A DNA stretch of 64,000 nt from positions 59,458,001 to 59,522,000 of the forward strand of contig NW_026262723.1 in the NCBI RefSeq assembly GCF_021869535.1, read 5' to 3'. The notes under the pieces were generated by a model. That model saw only the letters and a list, made by a program, of their open reading frames with translations, was not told the DNA's origin and ran no database searches. This DNA is from Mytilus californianus. Lineage: Eukaryota. This document shows positions 1-13,716 of this stretch, in pieces (position 1 is the stretch's first letter; each line of letters starts with the position of its first letter). Made by a program: the position numbers and the translations under genes.

Positions 1-208
1 ATGTTTGAGAATATGGATTTTCACCGTAAAAAATTAACAACAAATAGCTGCATAGATCATTTGATTATTTCACGAATGTAGCATAACAGTACAAAACACT
101 AACAACTAGTAATCAAATAATTTGATTTTTCCCTGAATTATATGTCTGAAAATATGAATATTCCTTCATGAAAGCACTTATGGGTCACACTCTCAAACGT
201 GCACTAAC

Positions 209-400
209 TCAGTTCTGTACATATATAATCTCCTGTTTGATATCAGTCAAATTGTTGTCAAATGATTTTGAGAAGTCTGATAACACTTCCGATATTACTG
301 GATGTCTTAGAATGTTTGACAAGAAAAATTCCTTTTCGGCCTCAATACAGCGAATGCTTTCTTTTAAATGTTTATTTTCGTCCATTAATGACTTCAATTC
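209..400 (-). CDS. bZIP-1 coding exon 3 (leucine zipper and C-terminus)
   Basis: Acceptor ttttttcag|GAA at 400; ELKSLMDENKHLKESIRCIEAEKEFFLSNILRH...VQN*; continues the heptad register from exon 2; paralogous to exons at 38923-39105 and 49792-49980. Confidence 0.88.
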   Translation of the reverse strand, partial: ELKSLMDENKHLKESIRCIEAEKEFFLSNILRHPVISEVLSDFSKSFDNNLTDIKQEIIYVQN

Positions 401-1017
401 CTGAAAAAAAGAAAAAAAAAAACATTGTATATATGTCACAGTAATTTGTAATATAAAAACTTAATTAATGTACACAAGAATCACACGGCATCATTTTATC
501 TACATGTATTTTAACAGAGCTCTTGTCGTCTATCGGCGTGTTATTTAATTACTGTCTTCACTAAAGAACATTAAACCAGCAAGCTCGAGTACATCACACA
601 CCCCATATAACGTTTTTGGAATATTTCTAAATACCCCTCCCCAAAAAATGGTTCTCCAATTCAGATTTTTCTGATTTTTGAAATCATCCAATGTAATGAT
701 GAGTGAAAACGTTCATACAAATTCAAAGACGATCTGATGAAACAAATAAAGGCGCTATCTCACGGAGTTCTTTATTGTTTTGTGTTTCAAGTAATTCAAT
801 TATGATACAGTATCTTGTGTAATGATGACCCCAAAACAGGTCACTGTCATAAATGTTAGTTCAAGAGTTAATGCTGAAATTGTTTCCATAGTTTTTGCAG
901 AAATGCCATTATTAAGGATCTTTATTTTTCCATTACAGATATAGTGAATGAAATAATATAATGTCTTTTATTACATGTAAGTCAACCAGACCACTAATAT
1001 ATGAAATTGCTAATTAC

Positions 1018-1125
1018 CTGCTGTATGTTTTGATAATTTATCTTTTTCTTCCGTCGACATTTTTTTGCTGATTCCCTGTTCAGAAGTTTTCTGTTTTCTT
1101 GTTTTTGTTTTTCTTCAGTTGTCAG
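1018..1125 (-). CDS. bZIP-1 coding exon 2 (basic DNA-binding region)
   Basis: Hand translation: tacag|LTTEEKQKQENRKLLNRESAKKCRRKKKINYQNIQQ|gtaatt; 108 nt, phase 0/0; N-x7-R bZIP signature. Confidence 0.9.
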
Positions 1126-1453
1126 CTGTAATATCAATAACATGAAAAATTTAGCTTATGTTATTTCTTTATAAATAAAAAAAAAACTGTTTGCATTTCT
1201 TTGCCTATAATTGTTTGGCTGTATATGAAAGCAAGAAGAAAATCAGAAAACAGATTTTTTTAATCTAAAAATGAAATGACGCAATTAGCGTAAAATGTGT
1301 GAAATCCTAATAAACGGAAGGTATACGACACTCCAAAAAAATCAAAACGAAATTCTAAATTTGTCTTATTATTCTAGATATTCCTTGTTTCGTTCGGTTG
1401 TTGTCTGTTTGACCTCTACCCCACATCTCCATACGATCTTTTGCACATACATG

Positions 1454-1673
1454 CAAGGAGGGGGGGGGGGGGGGGGGATCCAGGATTTTTGAAAGGGTGT
1501 TTAATTCCATAAAACGGATTATACACTGTTATATAAACTTTTTTGGGTGAATTTATGCTACAAAAATCATATAAATAGTGAATAACATGATATAATTATT
1601 TTTTGGGGCGTTCAAAAGGGGGGGGGGGGGGGGCGTACGCCCTCGACGCCCCCACCCCCTGGATTCGCCACTG
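1454..1673. mobile_element. Short MITE-like element with G-runs in a bZIP-1 intron
   Basis: Imperfect inverted ends (gg..ggatccagg / cctggattcgccactg) around long G tracts; a related terminus (cctgaatccacccctg) at ~3437-3453. Confidence 0.5.
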
Positions 1674-1758
1674 ATATGTATATGAAACCACCGAGAGAAT
1701 ACATGGTCAACCAAGTTAAAAACAAATAAACAGTTATTAGTGTTTATTTTCCACTTAC

Positions 1759-1971
1759 AGGTGCTGGTGGCTTCATTTGGAAATCTACTTTGAGTTCTTC
1801 CATTCCCCGAGAAAGTCGTTTGGTCTGTATTTTACAACGTAATTCATCCTTTATCAAAGGTAGCAGAGAATCACCCTTCACAGACTCCAAAGCATAATTA
1901 AAAAGTTCTGTATCAAAGTTAAAAGCATCAGACGGTAGACGAAATGACGTTGTTTCACCTTCCATTTTCAT
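1759..1971 (-). CDS. bZIP-1 coding exon 1 (ATF3/Fos-like bZIP, 170 aa total)
   Basis: Acceptor ttgcag|atcataagtATG; MKMEGETTSFRLPSDAFNFD...LLPLIKDELRCKIQTKRLSRGMEELKVDFQMKPPAP|gtaagt; 213 coding nt, as in both complete paralogs. The LP.IK.EL..KIQ..RL..G..EL motif resembles the N-terminus of invertebrate ATF3-like proteins (recalled, not searched). Confidence 0.88.
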
Positions 1972-3887
1972 ACTTATGATCTGCAATTGAAAACAACAAT
2001 ATCATTAACTGTTAATGATAAAATAAAATTATATAAATAATGTTTTTAATCTTTGATAATGATAGTAATAATAAAAAAACGCGGAAGTCAGAATGTTAAA
2101 ATTTAAAATACTTTTTTGGGCTATAATTATTAAGCAAAGATAAGAAACTTAGGAATCTATCTCCTTATTCTATTGTTGATAACCCGAATTAAACGACAAA
2201 AACAAATAATAGTAATAATAATGATAGTAATAATAATTATTAGTATAATGATAGTAAAAGTTTATCAATTATAAATTTAAAATGATCGTGATGATTTTAT
2301 TTAGTTTCATACCTACTTTATTCGTTCTCCTTCAATGACGACTGTTTCAAAAATGTTTAAACAGAGCGGGACACGTGGTTCTTAATGAATCACTTCATAC
2401 ACATGTGTAGGCATAAACTGTAGCACGTAGTTTTGTAAATGGCTAGTCCTCCTGTGTTTAGTTCCTAATAAAGCTCTAAATTGTTCGAAGAATAAATTCT
2501 GACTGAAATTGTCATCTGATGTAAATACTATAAACTATTACAAAATTGAAACCGACGTCATGTTTATCACAGTGGTTCGTATAATTTTGTAAAAATCCTT
2601 CCTTCACGACAAAATGCTCGGCAGATTTAACGTACTCTTCGTGGAAAAATAAACGTAAATATGGTAGTCAAAGGATAGTAGGTAAAAATATATCTTACCG
2701 TATTAATTACCTGGAGAAGGAACACAATCTATAGGATATCTATTAATACATAGGTGATTTCCGCTTGCTATATATATATACATGAACCATAATGAACACT
2801 TCGGTTTCAGGAAGACGACAATACTGCGGTTTGAAAGGATTCATAATCCCGTATAACAAACGCGTTTAAATTTAAACCTTTAACAGTTACTTTATTTCAT
2901 ATCTAAATATAAACTTATCATTAGTGCTTTTTTTTTCTTCAACGTAAATCACAATATACTTTTGACGAGTATGTAAAGGTTGATTTGACTAGATGTTCTA
3001 TCTTTTTATTGCATAATTCTAAGATATTTAACACAGGCATTTTCTATTCGTGTCATTGTAACAACTTTTTACTTTAAAATGGGTCATTATTTCAGTAATT
3101 TTGCTTTTAATAGTTAGTTATTTATAAAAAAGGGAATTTCTGTTTTCTAAAATAACTAGCTGCATGACATCAAAGGTCGTATGACAAAAACACCCATTGT
3201 TTATTATGATTAGTCACTCACACTTCATGTGTAGACAAGCATAAGCTTATTCTTTCCATCCGTGTGTTCCTTTACGTTTCCGATGGTATCACAAGTACGT
3301 AAACTTAAATTTTCGCGAATTTTTTTGAGGTAAAATTATCGAAATATTCTTCTAGAGTGGGTGCTATGTAGATATCTCGCTGAGGACTTTACTCGTGCTT
3401 TGCAAATTTTAAGGGGGACACGCCCGCCACGCCCCCGCCTGAATCCACCCCTGATGCTCTTTTCCGCGTGAAAAAATTAAGGATACCATTTGTTTATTCT
3501 TTTTCTTTGAACATTGTTGCATGTATTATCAGCCGCCTAAAAACGTTTACATAAATATACTGAAGGTTTTATCAAATTATTACTAAGAAAAAAAGTAAAT
3601 GTTTTGAAAGTGATGGACAAATATAAAAGGGAGGGTAACCCAGTTAGTTGGTTAAAAAGATCGGTAGTTTTAATGTACTGTTTATGTAGGGAAAAGAATG
3701 TAAGCTGTTACATGTAGTAGTCCTAATACTGATAACAATCTTAAATTATCACCAACTTCCGTGGTAAAATATTTGACTGGTTCTTTCAACACAATAATAT
3801 AGTGTATATTAACTTTTCATTTTAAAAACAGCCTTAATCTTTCAATTATAGATAAACTCGTCATAGATACTAGGACTAATTTTTTTT

Positions 3888-3931
3888 ACGCCAGATGCGC
3901 GTTTCGTCTACAAAAGACCCACCAGTGACAC
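3888..3931 (-). ncRNA. Degenerate type-I hammerhead motif (family A repeat)
   Basis: Minus strand GUGUCA-CUGGUGG-GUCU uuugu AGAC-GAAA-CGCGCA-UC-UGGCGU; stems I-III form, but the CUGANGA core is mutated to CUGGUGG, so probably inactive. Confidence 0.55.
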
Positions 3932-5784
3932 TCGAATCAAAAAAGTTAAAAAGAGCAAATAAAGTACGAGGCTGAAGAGCATGGAGAACCCAAAATAGCG
4001 AAAGGTTTTGCCAAATTACTCATTATAGAGTGACAAAGAGATAGTTCTGCAGAAACTGATAATGATTTTGTGATACAGGTGACAGGCATGTAAAAGGAAT
4101 ATTTAATATATGAAGAATGAATGACTAGGCAAGTGTGTCTGCAAATAGATACTGCACAGTGCATGGCTGGACGTTATTGGAAAATGATGTATTTTATGGG
4201 AATATTCAGTAAATAAATATAGCAGTTCATTAGATATCAAGGATTGCCAATATTGGGGAGAGCTTCTGGATAACACTGAATACATGTGCTCCATTAATTG
4301 GAAGATTATGTTTGTAATAAATATTTAATATTAGATAGATCAAAACTATGGTTAAAACATTAATACAAATAAATGCTGAATGCAATTTATTTTTTACTAC
4401 AAGATTGTCAAGTAGTGTAAGAATTTAGTGCGAATCTACAGTGCTTGTTAACAAGACCCTGTGAATGGCCCACAAATGCCGCATGACCTCATGTTTTGAT
4501 TATTGCAAAAGCTGGGGCTACATTTGTACTTCAATGAATGATATATGAAAGCTTCTGATATCTAAAGTTAAACCAGGTATAAATTTAATTCAAGAAATAG
4601 GTTTGCATTGAAGTAAATGAGAGATTTTTGTACGGAATTTACCCCTATAGGAAAAATATGCACCCTGTCACTGTACCTTGTAAGGCCACTCAATAACCCC
4701 TGAGCCCATTTCCTGTAAATATTAATGCAATGAGAAAGCTTTTAGGAAACTGTTAATGTTGTTTTTCATGTAACAAAAAAGGACTAAGTAGACTGTTGGA
4801 CGAGGCAATGGGGCCATGGAAAACAAAATATAACAATGGAAATATTTATTAACCAATTTGAAATTTGCATTTAAAAAGGGGAGCTAACACCCCATTTAAG
4901 TTATATTAAACTTATGCTAACTTGTAGAATGTCTAAATATAGATGTGAACCGTGTGGATATAATCATTTCCAACTATTATAGAATAAAAAAGACAAAATA
5001 CGAAATTATCTGTATGAAATTCCGTTGATTTATTGTCAAAACGTAAAACAGACAGTCGTTTTACTAGAAATGGGCTAAGCTAGAGAAATTATAAGAAGAA
5101 GTAGATTCGGAAACGATATTCAACTTGAGACTAACGCCGCTCGTTGATTATCGTTTACGAATCCACAACTTCTTATAAATTCTCTAATACATAAATCACT
5201 ATTATAAATACTTCCCTTTCAGAGTATTTTCAGCAGTGTCTTCTATCTTAACCCGCAGATAAAGTTGTGAATAAGGACTTTTTAAGTGTTCCAACACTAG
5301 AATAATCTGACGGTAAGAAGATATAGTATTTCACTACATATATCATTGAGTTTCTTTAATTCAAAAATATTCCGGAACATTTTTCAACCATTTATACATA
5401 CCCTTCATCTATTAAACTGTTGTTTAAATGTATGTATTTGGATCGCTATGTCAGCTAATTTGCTACTGGGTTTGTTATTGACAGTGTTTGAACTACTCAA
5501 GTATTAAAAGCACATCTTTAGTGAAGTGAAACATATTTTTTTTGCACGAAACTCCTTAAAAAGCCTTTTTTCTCAAGACATATAATAAAAATTTTTTTAA
5601 GAATCTTGTATTGACACTGAAACTTGAAAATTGGTTAAATTACATGACCAATACACAAAAAATAGGAATGAAGAAAAAATGTCTCTTTTCCTTAAGTTTT
5701 TTACATAAACTATATGGCTATCATTTTTTTTAATTAGAAAAAAATTCAATTTTTAAACTTGATGCTCCACAGAACCTGTATTCC

Positions 5785-6760
5785 CTATAAATAAGAAGAT
5801 GTGGCAAGAATGCCAATGATACAACTATCCATCCAAGTCACAATGTGTAAAAAAATAACAATGATAGGTCAAAGTACGGCCCTCAGTACGGAGCCGTGGC
5901 TCACACCAAACAGCAAGCTATAAAGGGCCCCAAAATGACAAGTGTAAAACAATTCAAACAGGAAAACCAACGGTCTAATCTATATAAAAAACGAGAAACG
6001 AGAAACACTTATGAACCACACCAACAAACGACAACCACTGAACATCAGGCTCCTGACTTAGGACAGGTGCATAAAAATGCAGCGGGTCTAAACGTTTAAA
6101 CAACCTTCACCATAACCTGAAACAGTGGTGTAACATTACAACATAAAAAGACACACAATAAAATATCAATCGAAATGGCTTAACTCGATCAAAAAGACAT
6201 ACACCAAAACAAGTAAATATACACTGAACGAATAAGTTTGATCTATGAGACAATATAAATAAAAAAGATGTATCAATGTCGAAAAGACAACTTTAACCTA
6301 GGACAAAATGGCGTTAAATAAAGTAACATACACAGGTAAATTAGTATATAATAACTTTGTTGTTAGGAGTACAGAAACATTTTTTACAAAATAAATTTGT
6401 TGTTCATAGTACGAGTACAGAAGTGAAAATTTATCGTCATACTAATTAATTATCAAAGGTGGTATATATTAAAAATAGTAAGACGATATATAACACAAAA
6501 TAAGTAAACATTAAATAACAGAAATGCATTACAAATTGTGTCAACAGGTCAAATTAACACGAAAGTACGATTTAAGAGTATTCACAGTTACTGAAAGCTA
6601 GTTGAAAGCCAGAAACAATTAATAACAAAAAATCATGCATCAGAGACTAAAATTAATTAAAACACATCCCAGGCAGGAATTTTGCGTTTTAACGCCATGG
6701 ACAGTCATAGAAGACATGACTAGTGCAATGCCAAAATAAAAGTAACGACATGCAGTAGGA
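5785..6760 (+). repeat. Abundant non-autonomous interspersed repeat
   Basis: Starts aagaagatgtggcaagaatgccaatgatacaact; related copies or termini at ~27405-28240, 30907-30962, 43950-44440, 55650-55770, 59283-59495, 61010-61060 and 61540-61688. Confidence 0.7.
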
Positions 6761-7229
6761 TAGTTAGGATTTAACCTTATAATAAATATGTATGATGTTC
6801 TATATAGATAAAAACAATCTCTAAATAGAAAATAAACGTGGATATGATATACACATCCCAAAAAAACGAAAAGACTACAAATTTAGTTATGTTTTAATTT
6901 GTTAATGACAAAATCGATGTTAGAGCCAATGAAAACAATATTCAAAGATCTGATTACCACATTAATAAGATAACCTTTACTAATAAGTTTGTTGAAAGGT
7001 TCGGTAAGTTTACACGGATCACATAGTGATTCCCCCGTTGTTTTGTATTAAACTGATACAATGCAACAACAATATCTGTGAAGCATTGAAATTTTTGTGG
7101 ATCAAAATCTTTTTTTTTGTGATCATTTGTGCGGGGCAGTTGTTGTCTATCCAAAGTTATAGACAAAAAAGTGAAAAAAATAGGTTCATACTGTGATGTA
7201 GGGAAAAACAACTCCTGTAAGGAAACGGT

Positions 7230-8045
7230 TTGCAATTGGAATCGTTCAGACTAATTTGTAGCCCTAGATATTTTATTTTTTAATCATTTTTGCTGTTTAC
7301 AATTTTGTTCTATTTACTCAACCTAAAATCCGTCACAATTGCCACCAGAGGAAAAAAACTCTTATAAGGAAACGACTGTAATTTACGCCATTTTGGCTAT
7401 ATTTAGATCATATATTGCTGATCAGTTTTGCTCCATCTACTTTGAATTGATAGTAACAATAGTTACATCAAAATTGGATAGAATTGTCATTTAAGGGCAA
7501 TAACTCATATATGCATCGATTGAATATTTCGGCCATGATGGTTTATTTGTTGCCACATGTAGAGCTGATCTGCTTACCCTTCCGGAGCACCTGAGCTCAC
7601 CCCCAGTTTTTTGTGGGGTTCGTGATGCCCAGTCTTTAGTTTTCTGTGTTGTGTTTTGTGTGCTGTAGTTTGTCTCTTGGTCGTTTTCTTTTTTTGGCCA
7701 TGGCGTTGTCAATTTATTTTCGACTTATGAGTTTGAATGTCCATCTGGTATCTTTCGCCTCTCTTTTGTTGATCTTATTCTGCTGAACTATTTACCTGTT
7801 TCTCTCTACCTCTTATAGTTTTCACTAAAAAAAGCAATACAGTTGTACAAGCGTTAACGAAGGGCATGAACTCCTATAAATAGTCGACTGACGATTTCGG
7901 CTATGTTGATCTGATCTTCTTGATCATTTTTGCCAAGCAAAGTTTCACGATTATTGCAAGATTATAGCCAAAAATGCAACACAACGGTAAACAAAAATCA
8001 CGATGTAAGGTCGATAACTCCTATACAGAGTCAAATTACGATCTC
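7230..8045 (+). repeat. Degenerate ~150-bp tandem-unit repeat (tttaagggcaataactcctataag / gctgatcatttttgctg family)
   Basis: Same unit motifs recur at ~12640-13220, 14480-14800, 20400-20560 and 22380-23200; interrupted here by the repeat at 7550-7767. Confidence 0.6.
7550..7767 (+). repeat. Short interspersed repeat (gcttacccttccggagcacctg family)
   Basis: Near-identical layout at 28400-28645; decayed copies at ~51200-51400 and ~62260-62345. Explains ORFs 7491-7712, 28380-28607, 28387-28578 and 28450-28671. Confidence 0.7.
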
Positions 8046-8959
8046 GGCCATGTTGATTTTTTTGCTGTTAAATAAAGGCAACAGTAGTATACCGCTGTTC
8101 AATAGTCATAAATCGATTAAACGAAAAAAAATCCGGGTCACAAACCAAAACCGAAGGAAACACATCAACTATAAGTGGAAAACAACGGAACATCAGAAAC
8201 ACTAAACTGCAACAAAAACAAATGCCAACATATATAGAAACGGTCTATTTGTTACAACTGCCATATTCCTGACTTGGTACAGGACATTTAGAGAAAAAAT
8301 GGTGGGTTGAACATGGTTTTATGGCTAGACAAACCTCCATCTTATATGGCAATGTAACAAATACCGCTATAATGACAACATTACGTGACAGGAATACAGT
8401 ACAAATAAACGCAAGAACACTGAGGAAAGAGAAATACATAAATAAATAATATAATAGTACATTACAACAAGTAAACCACAGAATAACAACGGTCAACTCC
8501 CATGAATTTACGACAGTGCACCAGGACACCAAAATAGAATCATAAACTGTGTGTCACACGAATGTATCAACGCCACAAAAAGTGACGTATTTTTTGTGAC
8601 GTTTTTTTTATCACAGGTAAATTTCTAAAAATAGAATATAAAATTGGGATTGAGTTTTTAATGGAGTTATTTTATGTATTTTCTAACCATGCCAAGAATA
8701 TTAAAATGGAATTCTGTTTGTAATGGTGTAATTATTTGTAATTTCTAACTATGTCGGGTTTTCTTCTAAATCAAAACTGTGTATACACAAAAATCCTCGG
8801 CATGTAGTTGCTTTAAACCAAAATTCATATAAATGAAATAGCTGATTAATTATCTTAACTTTTACATACATATAGAAAATAAAAATAGAATTCAAACCAC
8901 AAACGATAAGACATAACACAATATCCAACCAGACTTACAAAAAAAAACATCATAACTAA

Positions 8960-9548
8960 ATACATGGATGTTGGGTGTATAAATACCGAGACACGTCGTA
9001 TAGCAATGAGAATTCACACCCGGCAAAACAGTCATATTCGGGAATAGGTCACGTTCGGTACTTAGCAGACCAGACGACGAAGATGGTAAACCACAATCTA
9101 AGACATGGTAAACATGTCGTTAGTTAGTTTAGACACAGACACATCGTTTAGATCAACCAATTCGTGATGGTGGCCATAAAATTACGGAGTGTCATTTTTA
9201 ATCTTTGCTCCTCATAACTCTGTTGGAGCAGTTTCTGCGTAAGGAGCACACTCCTGTATATGAAGTCCGTATAGTGTGAACATGCACGAGCACAAAGTAT
9301 CAACTGAGATATGTAAACACCATACGATGGGGCAGAGAGTATGCTACTACTGAGAAATTGGAAATTGATAATTGGGAAGTTGAAATCATCCCGTTTGTCA
9401 TAGATTTTAGGGTGAAGTCGTCTATCTGTGTCAATATTGAGGAATAGATCAAGGTATGAAGCAGTCCTACTAGTATCAGTAGTATCCTTAATTTCAAGTT
9501 CACTGGGATATATGAGATGTAAGTACTGACTGAAATATGGGTTATTTT
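8960..9548 (-). mobile_element. Penelope-like retroelement fragment (RT C-terminal/thumb region)
   Basis: Hand translation: NPYFSQYLHLIYPSELEIKDTTDTSRTASYLDLFLNIDTDRRLHPKIYDKRDDFNFPIINFQFLSSSILSAPSYGVYISQL...QKLLQQSY; matches the ELEIKDTTD / YLDL / YDKRDDFNF / YGVYISQL motifs of invertebrate PLE RTs; later stops. Confidence 0.8.
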
Positions 9549-9552
9549 AAAT

Positions 9553-11889
9553 ACAAATTACTACCAAGAAATGTATATGCAACAGGAAATTCGATTTGAA
9601 AAAATCGCTAAGATGACCGAAACAGTACCAGCGATTCAAAACGGGGATGATCGTAATTGGTAAAAGATGACCGTAATTTATAAAGAAAAAAAAAAGAAAA
9701 CTAGTAATTTGATTTGATCCTTTAATGAATGTTATAAATAATCAATTATATTATTTAGTTTCATCAGAATTATCAATTATGGACTATTTTATTTCTAAAC
9801 AAACGAAACAAATGAAAACTCATTAATAATGAACCAAAAAACAACATTTGAAGGTAGTCAGAAGGTTTATCACTGAGCACGTTGCAAATGTTATACCCTT
9901 TGACTACTTAAAGTACATTTCCATATAAAATCAAGATGATTTCAAATTATAGTCTGGCTAAATAACAAAGCTGTGGTCTGTTCAGGGTTGATGCATGAAT
10001 TTCCCGAACAATTAAATTTTGAAATTTTGCAAGCTTTTTCTGGTAAGGGAACGATCATTTGATTCTGAGGTGAGGGCCGGGCAGATTTGATCGGGTCAGA
10101 ATATTTATTTTAAAAATTTTGGAGGTCAGAAAATTTATTTCAACCACTTTAGAGCAAGATTCTTTATTTTTCTTATTTTTTTACTAAAAAATATACATGG
10201 TGGTAAGAATATTTTTCTAGGAAGTTAAGCCAGAATATTTATTTTCAACTTTATCGAGGTCAGAAAATTTTGATGAAAAATCTGCTAGCCCCCCACTGGA
10301 GTTTTACCAAGAAATGTACTTTGCAAGAACAATGTCAATTGCCGAGGATGAAAATACCAATAGAACATAACTCCTAAATGAATCTGTCTCGGGCACTTTC
10401 ACTATGACATGTATGAAAAAAAGGTTCATAATAGAAAACCTATAGAGTGAGTCATAAATTTTGCAATGACTTAAATCTTGAAGTTTACATCCTCAGAGTG
10501 ATACTGAACAATTGATAGCAAAAAAATTAAATTGCTAAAATTATGAATGGTTCGTGTCTTCATATCTGTAAGTGCCCAGACACAAAATATTTAAAAAAAT
10601 TCAAGAAACTTGGGTTTATTTAATTATATATACCATCAATACTGTTCAACGATATATCTTTAAAAAGTAATGATATCTCAATTAAATAGAACAAATCTTT
10701 TAAAAACAAATAATCGTTTTCTTTCTGAAAAGGAATAATAATTGATTGCTGTTCATTTGTCGTGATCCATTGCATGCTATTCGCATCTTGATTTATAGAG
10801 AATTAAATTATTTGAAAAGTACATCAAACATGTAAGAATTATTTCAATGAAATATTTAAGGGGCATTAGCTACGAGATATAGAAAAAATAAAACACGATT
10901 TTTTTTTTGTTCAATCATTAATGAAAGTGAAATAGTGAAATAATAATTCGATTTTAGCAGCCAGTTTGATTCAGTTTTGCAAAATAAGCAAAGAGACATC
11001 GTTAATGAATTATTCACTTCCAAGTGAATAATTCGACTTCATTAAATCCGTATTCATGTGAACTTCAATTGAACCCCTTAGCTAGAGATGGGGTACGCAT
11101 GAACTAGACATGTTCAGCTATTAAAAGGAAAAGAATGTCGAAATTGGAAGTGAAACAAGGGTAAATCAATTGGTCGACTGATTCCATCTACTAAAACTCT
11201 TAAAAACGATTATTAACATATTGTGTTAACCTATAATATAAAATCAAACAGACCTAGAAAAATGCAATTACACAAGTTTGCTATCTATTTATATCTATGT
11301 TTATGTTTATAAATTAACAGAAAATGTTTTAAAAAAAACTACGATCAAACTAATGAGGGTGAGCTCCGGCAAAATCTTACCTAATTTATAATTTAGTCTA
11401 CCCCTTAGATCTTTGGAAAAGCTTGTACGAATAGCGTATTACAATGAGGAACCTTGTCAAATTGTGTAAAAAAATGTTATTCATATATCAAGACAAAGTT
11501 TGTGGAAACATACACATGAGTTCGGTTATAAATATGTTTAATCATTTCTTTTTAATTTTTGTCGTATCTTTGTCAATTTGTATTAAAATTTTAATATTGT
11601 TATTAATATTTCATTGTTGACTAGCAATATGCAATTTACTATCTATGTCCTGTACTGAAAATACGGCAAAAAATAAAAAAGACATTAATTAAACATATTT
11701 ATATCCGCTAACCGAGCCCCTTTTGAGACAAACTGAACATCATCTGTTGCTCGGATTATGGAATCACGGTCATCCTTGTTATATGTCACGATCATCTTGA
11801 AAAAAATAATGATGATGAATTACGGTCATCTTAGAGATTTTTTCAAATCGAATTTCCTGTTTCATATACATTTCTCGGTAGTAATTTGT
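9553..11889. mobile_element. Non-autonomous TIR element (~2.3 kb) between the two PLE fragments
   Basis: 9553-9620 (acaaattactaccaagaaatgtatatgcaacaggaaattcgatttgaaaaaatcgctaagatgaccg) is the reverse complement of ~11820-11889 with a few mismatches; subterminal gatgaccg/cggtcatc repeats on both sides; no clear TSD. Confidence 0.65.
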
Positions 11890-12055
11890 GATTTCCGTGT
11901 GCACTTTTTATAAATCTATATCATACCAATGTATACTTTATATAGAATATATCATAGAAACTCTTAAACAGGCAATACCGATTCTGACCTAATTCTGCGT
12001 CCGCCATCTTGGGATGAACGTGAATCGAATTAAGGTCATCAGCTTTACCCCAGTG

Positions 12056-12340
12056 AGTAGTGTAAAGCGTAGAAAAATCAAAAGTCTTAATGTTGCTGCA
12101 AATTGCAGAGATTGTGATCTAAGATTTAGCAGTAGATCTTAAGAATTTTTAAGAATCCACATCTGATTGACACCACTGGTTGAATATATCTCATCACAAC
12201 ATTTCTGAAGGCCATATTTTACTGTAGAAAGAATAGTAGTCAGCACTTTAGAAAGATGTTTAGTTAAACATCTTGATGTTCCAGCTATGTATCGTTCTTT
12301 ATAAGGAGTTTTGTGAAGTTTGGGTATCCAGTATAATGTT
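12056..12340 (-). mobile_element. Penelope-like retroelement fragment (RT N-terminal motifs)
   Basis: Hand translation: LYWIPKLHKTPYKERYIAGTSRCLTKHLSKVLTTILSTVKYGLQKCCDEIYSTSGVNQMWILKNS*DLL..(frameshift)..ICSNIKTFDFSTLYT. Confidence 0.8.
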
Positions 12341-12464
12341 AAAAGTTTCCCTGCATCTATTGCAGTGTTTTCAAAATAATAGTCAAAAACGAAACAAATA
12401 GGTAAACACTGTCATTTAAGAACATTGACTCATATAAGAAGTCGAACATTTTCTACATAAGGAA

Positions 12465-12600
12465 ATGCCTGTACCAGGTCAGGAATATGACAGTTGTTTT
12501 CCATTCGTTTATTGCGTTTGAGCTTTTAAATTTGCAATTTGGTAAGGGACTTTCTGTTATTGAATTTTTCTTGGAGTTCGGTATTTTGGTTATTTTATTT
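12465..12600 (+). repeat. Short interspersed repeat (gcctgtaccaagtcaggaatatgacagttg family)
   Basis: Copies at ~31175-31335, 33880-34005 and 45870-46010; reverse copy at ~8255-8290. Confidence 0.65.
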
Positions 12601-13716
12601 TTTGATAATTTAGGACATACAATTTGTCATAAGATCTTCTTTAGCTGATCATTTTGCTGTTCACCGATTCTCTTCATCTTCTATTTTTTAACAAAAGTAC
12701 AAAAATAAGACAAACAAACGTCATTAAAGAACAAAAACTAAGGAGTCGACTACCGATTTTGACCACTTGCCTCTTTACTTTGCTGATCATTTTTACTGCT
12801 TACAGTTTTGCTCTATCTTCTATAGTGTCCACCAAAAATGCAATTACGGTTACAAATTGTATTGAAAGCGAAATAACTCCTAAACGAAGTCAACTGACAA
12901 TGTTTGACATATTTGTAGATTTTGTTTTTCTGATAATGATTGCTGTTTTATGTCTCTCACTATCTATTATAGTTTTATAGATTATAGCCAATTACGCTAA
13001 AAGGGTAAACATCATCATTCAAGAGCAATAACTCCTATAAGGAATTCTGTCATCTAGCTTATTTGTAAATATTTTCTTGTAAATCATTTACAGTTCAAAA
13101 TTTCTCTCTATCTTTAATAGTTTCAAGAAAATAAAATATGCCAAAAATTGGTAAAAATCGTCATTTAAGGGCAATTACTCAGAAAAGGAATCATCTGATA
13201 GTTTTGTCAAAACATGTAGTACATAGGTCTTGACATTTTGAACATTCATGCACGTCAGATTTTCTCAATCTATAACGGTTGTCTAGATTTTTAGCGATTA
13301 CTTGCATTTTGTTTTATGGTATATTTTTAGACATGTTGGTTGCCGTCTAGTTCATCGGATACAATTTTTGAATCAGATAAACCTAGGATGGTTTTGTTTG
13401 GTTGCATTTGGCAGAGTAGTTTCAGGGGAGATTTTTTGTAAAAGTTAACGGACGACGGAAGCTGAGTAATGACAACAAATTTACGTATGTTGAAACTACT
13501 TATTGGGATCTGCTCGACACAATATTTGCAGACTATGTTGTAATTTATAAATCTTATAAGATCCTAAAGTTCTCACAAATCAAACAATAAAAATTGAAAA
13601 GACACAACAGATTGATTGTTTTTTCTTAATTTTCAGCGATAGATTTCCAATGCATAATTGTGACGTATCAATCAATTGCAAAATGTAAGAAATCAATGTA
13701 TACTGCACGTACTAAT

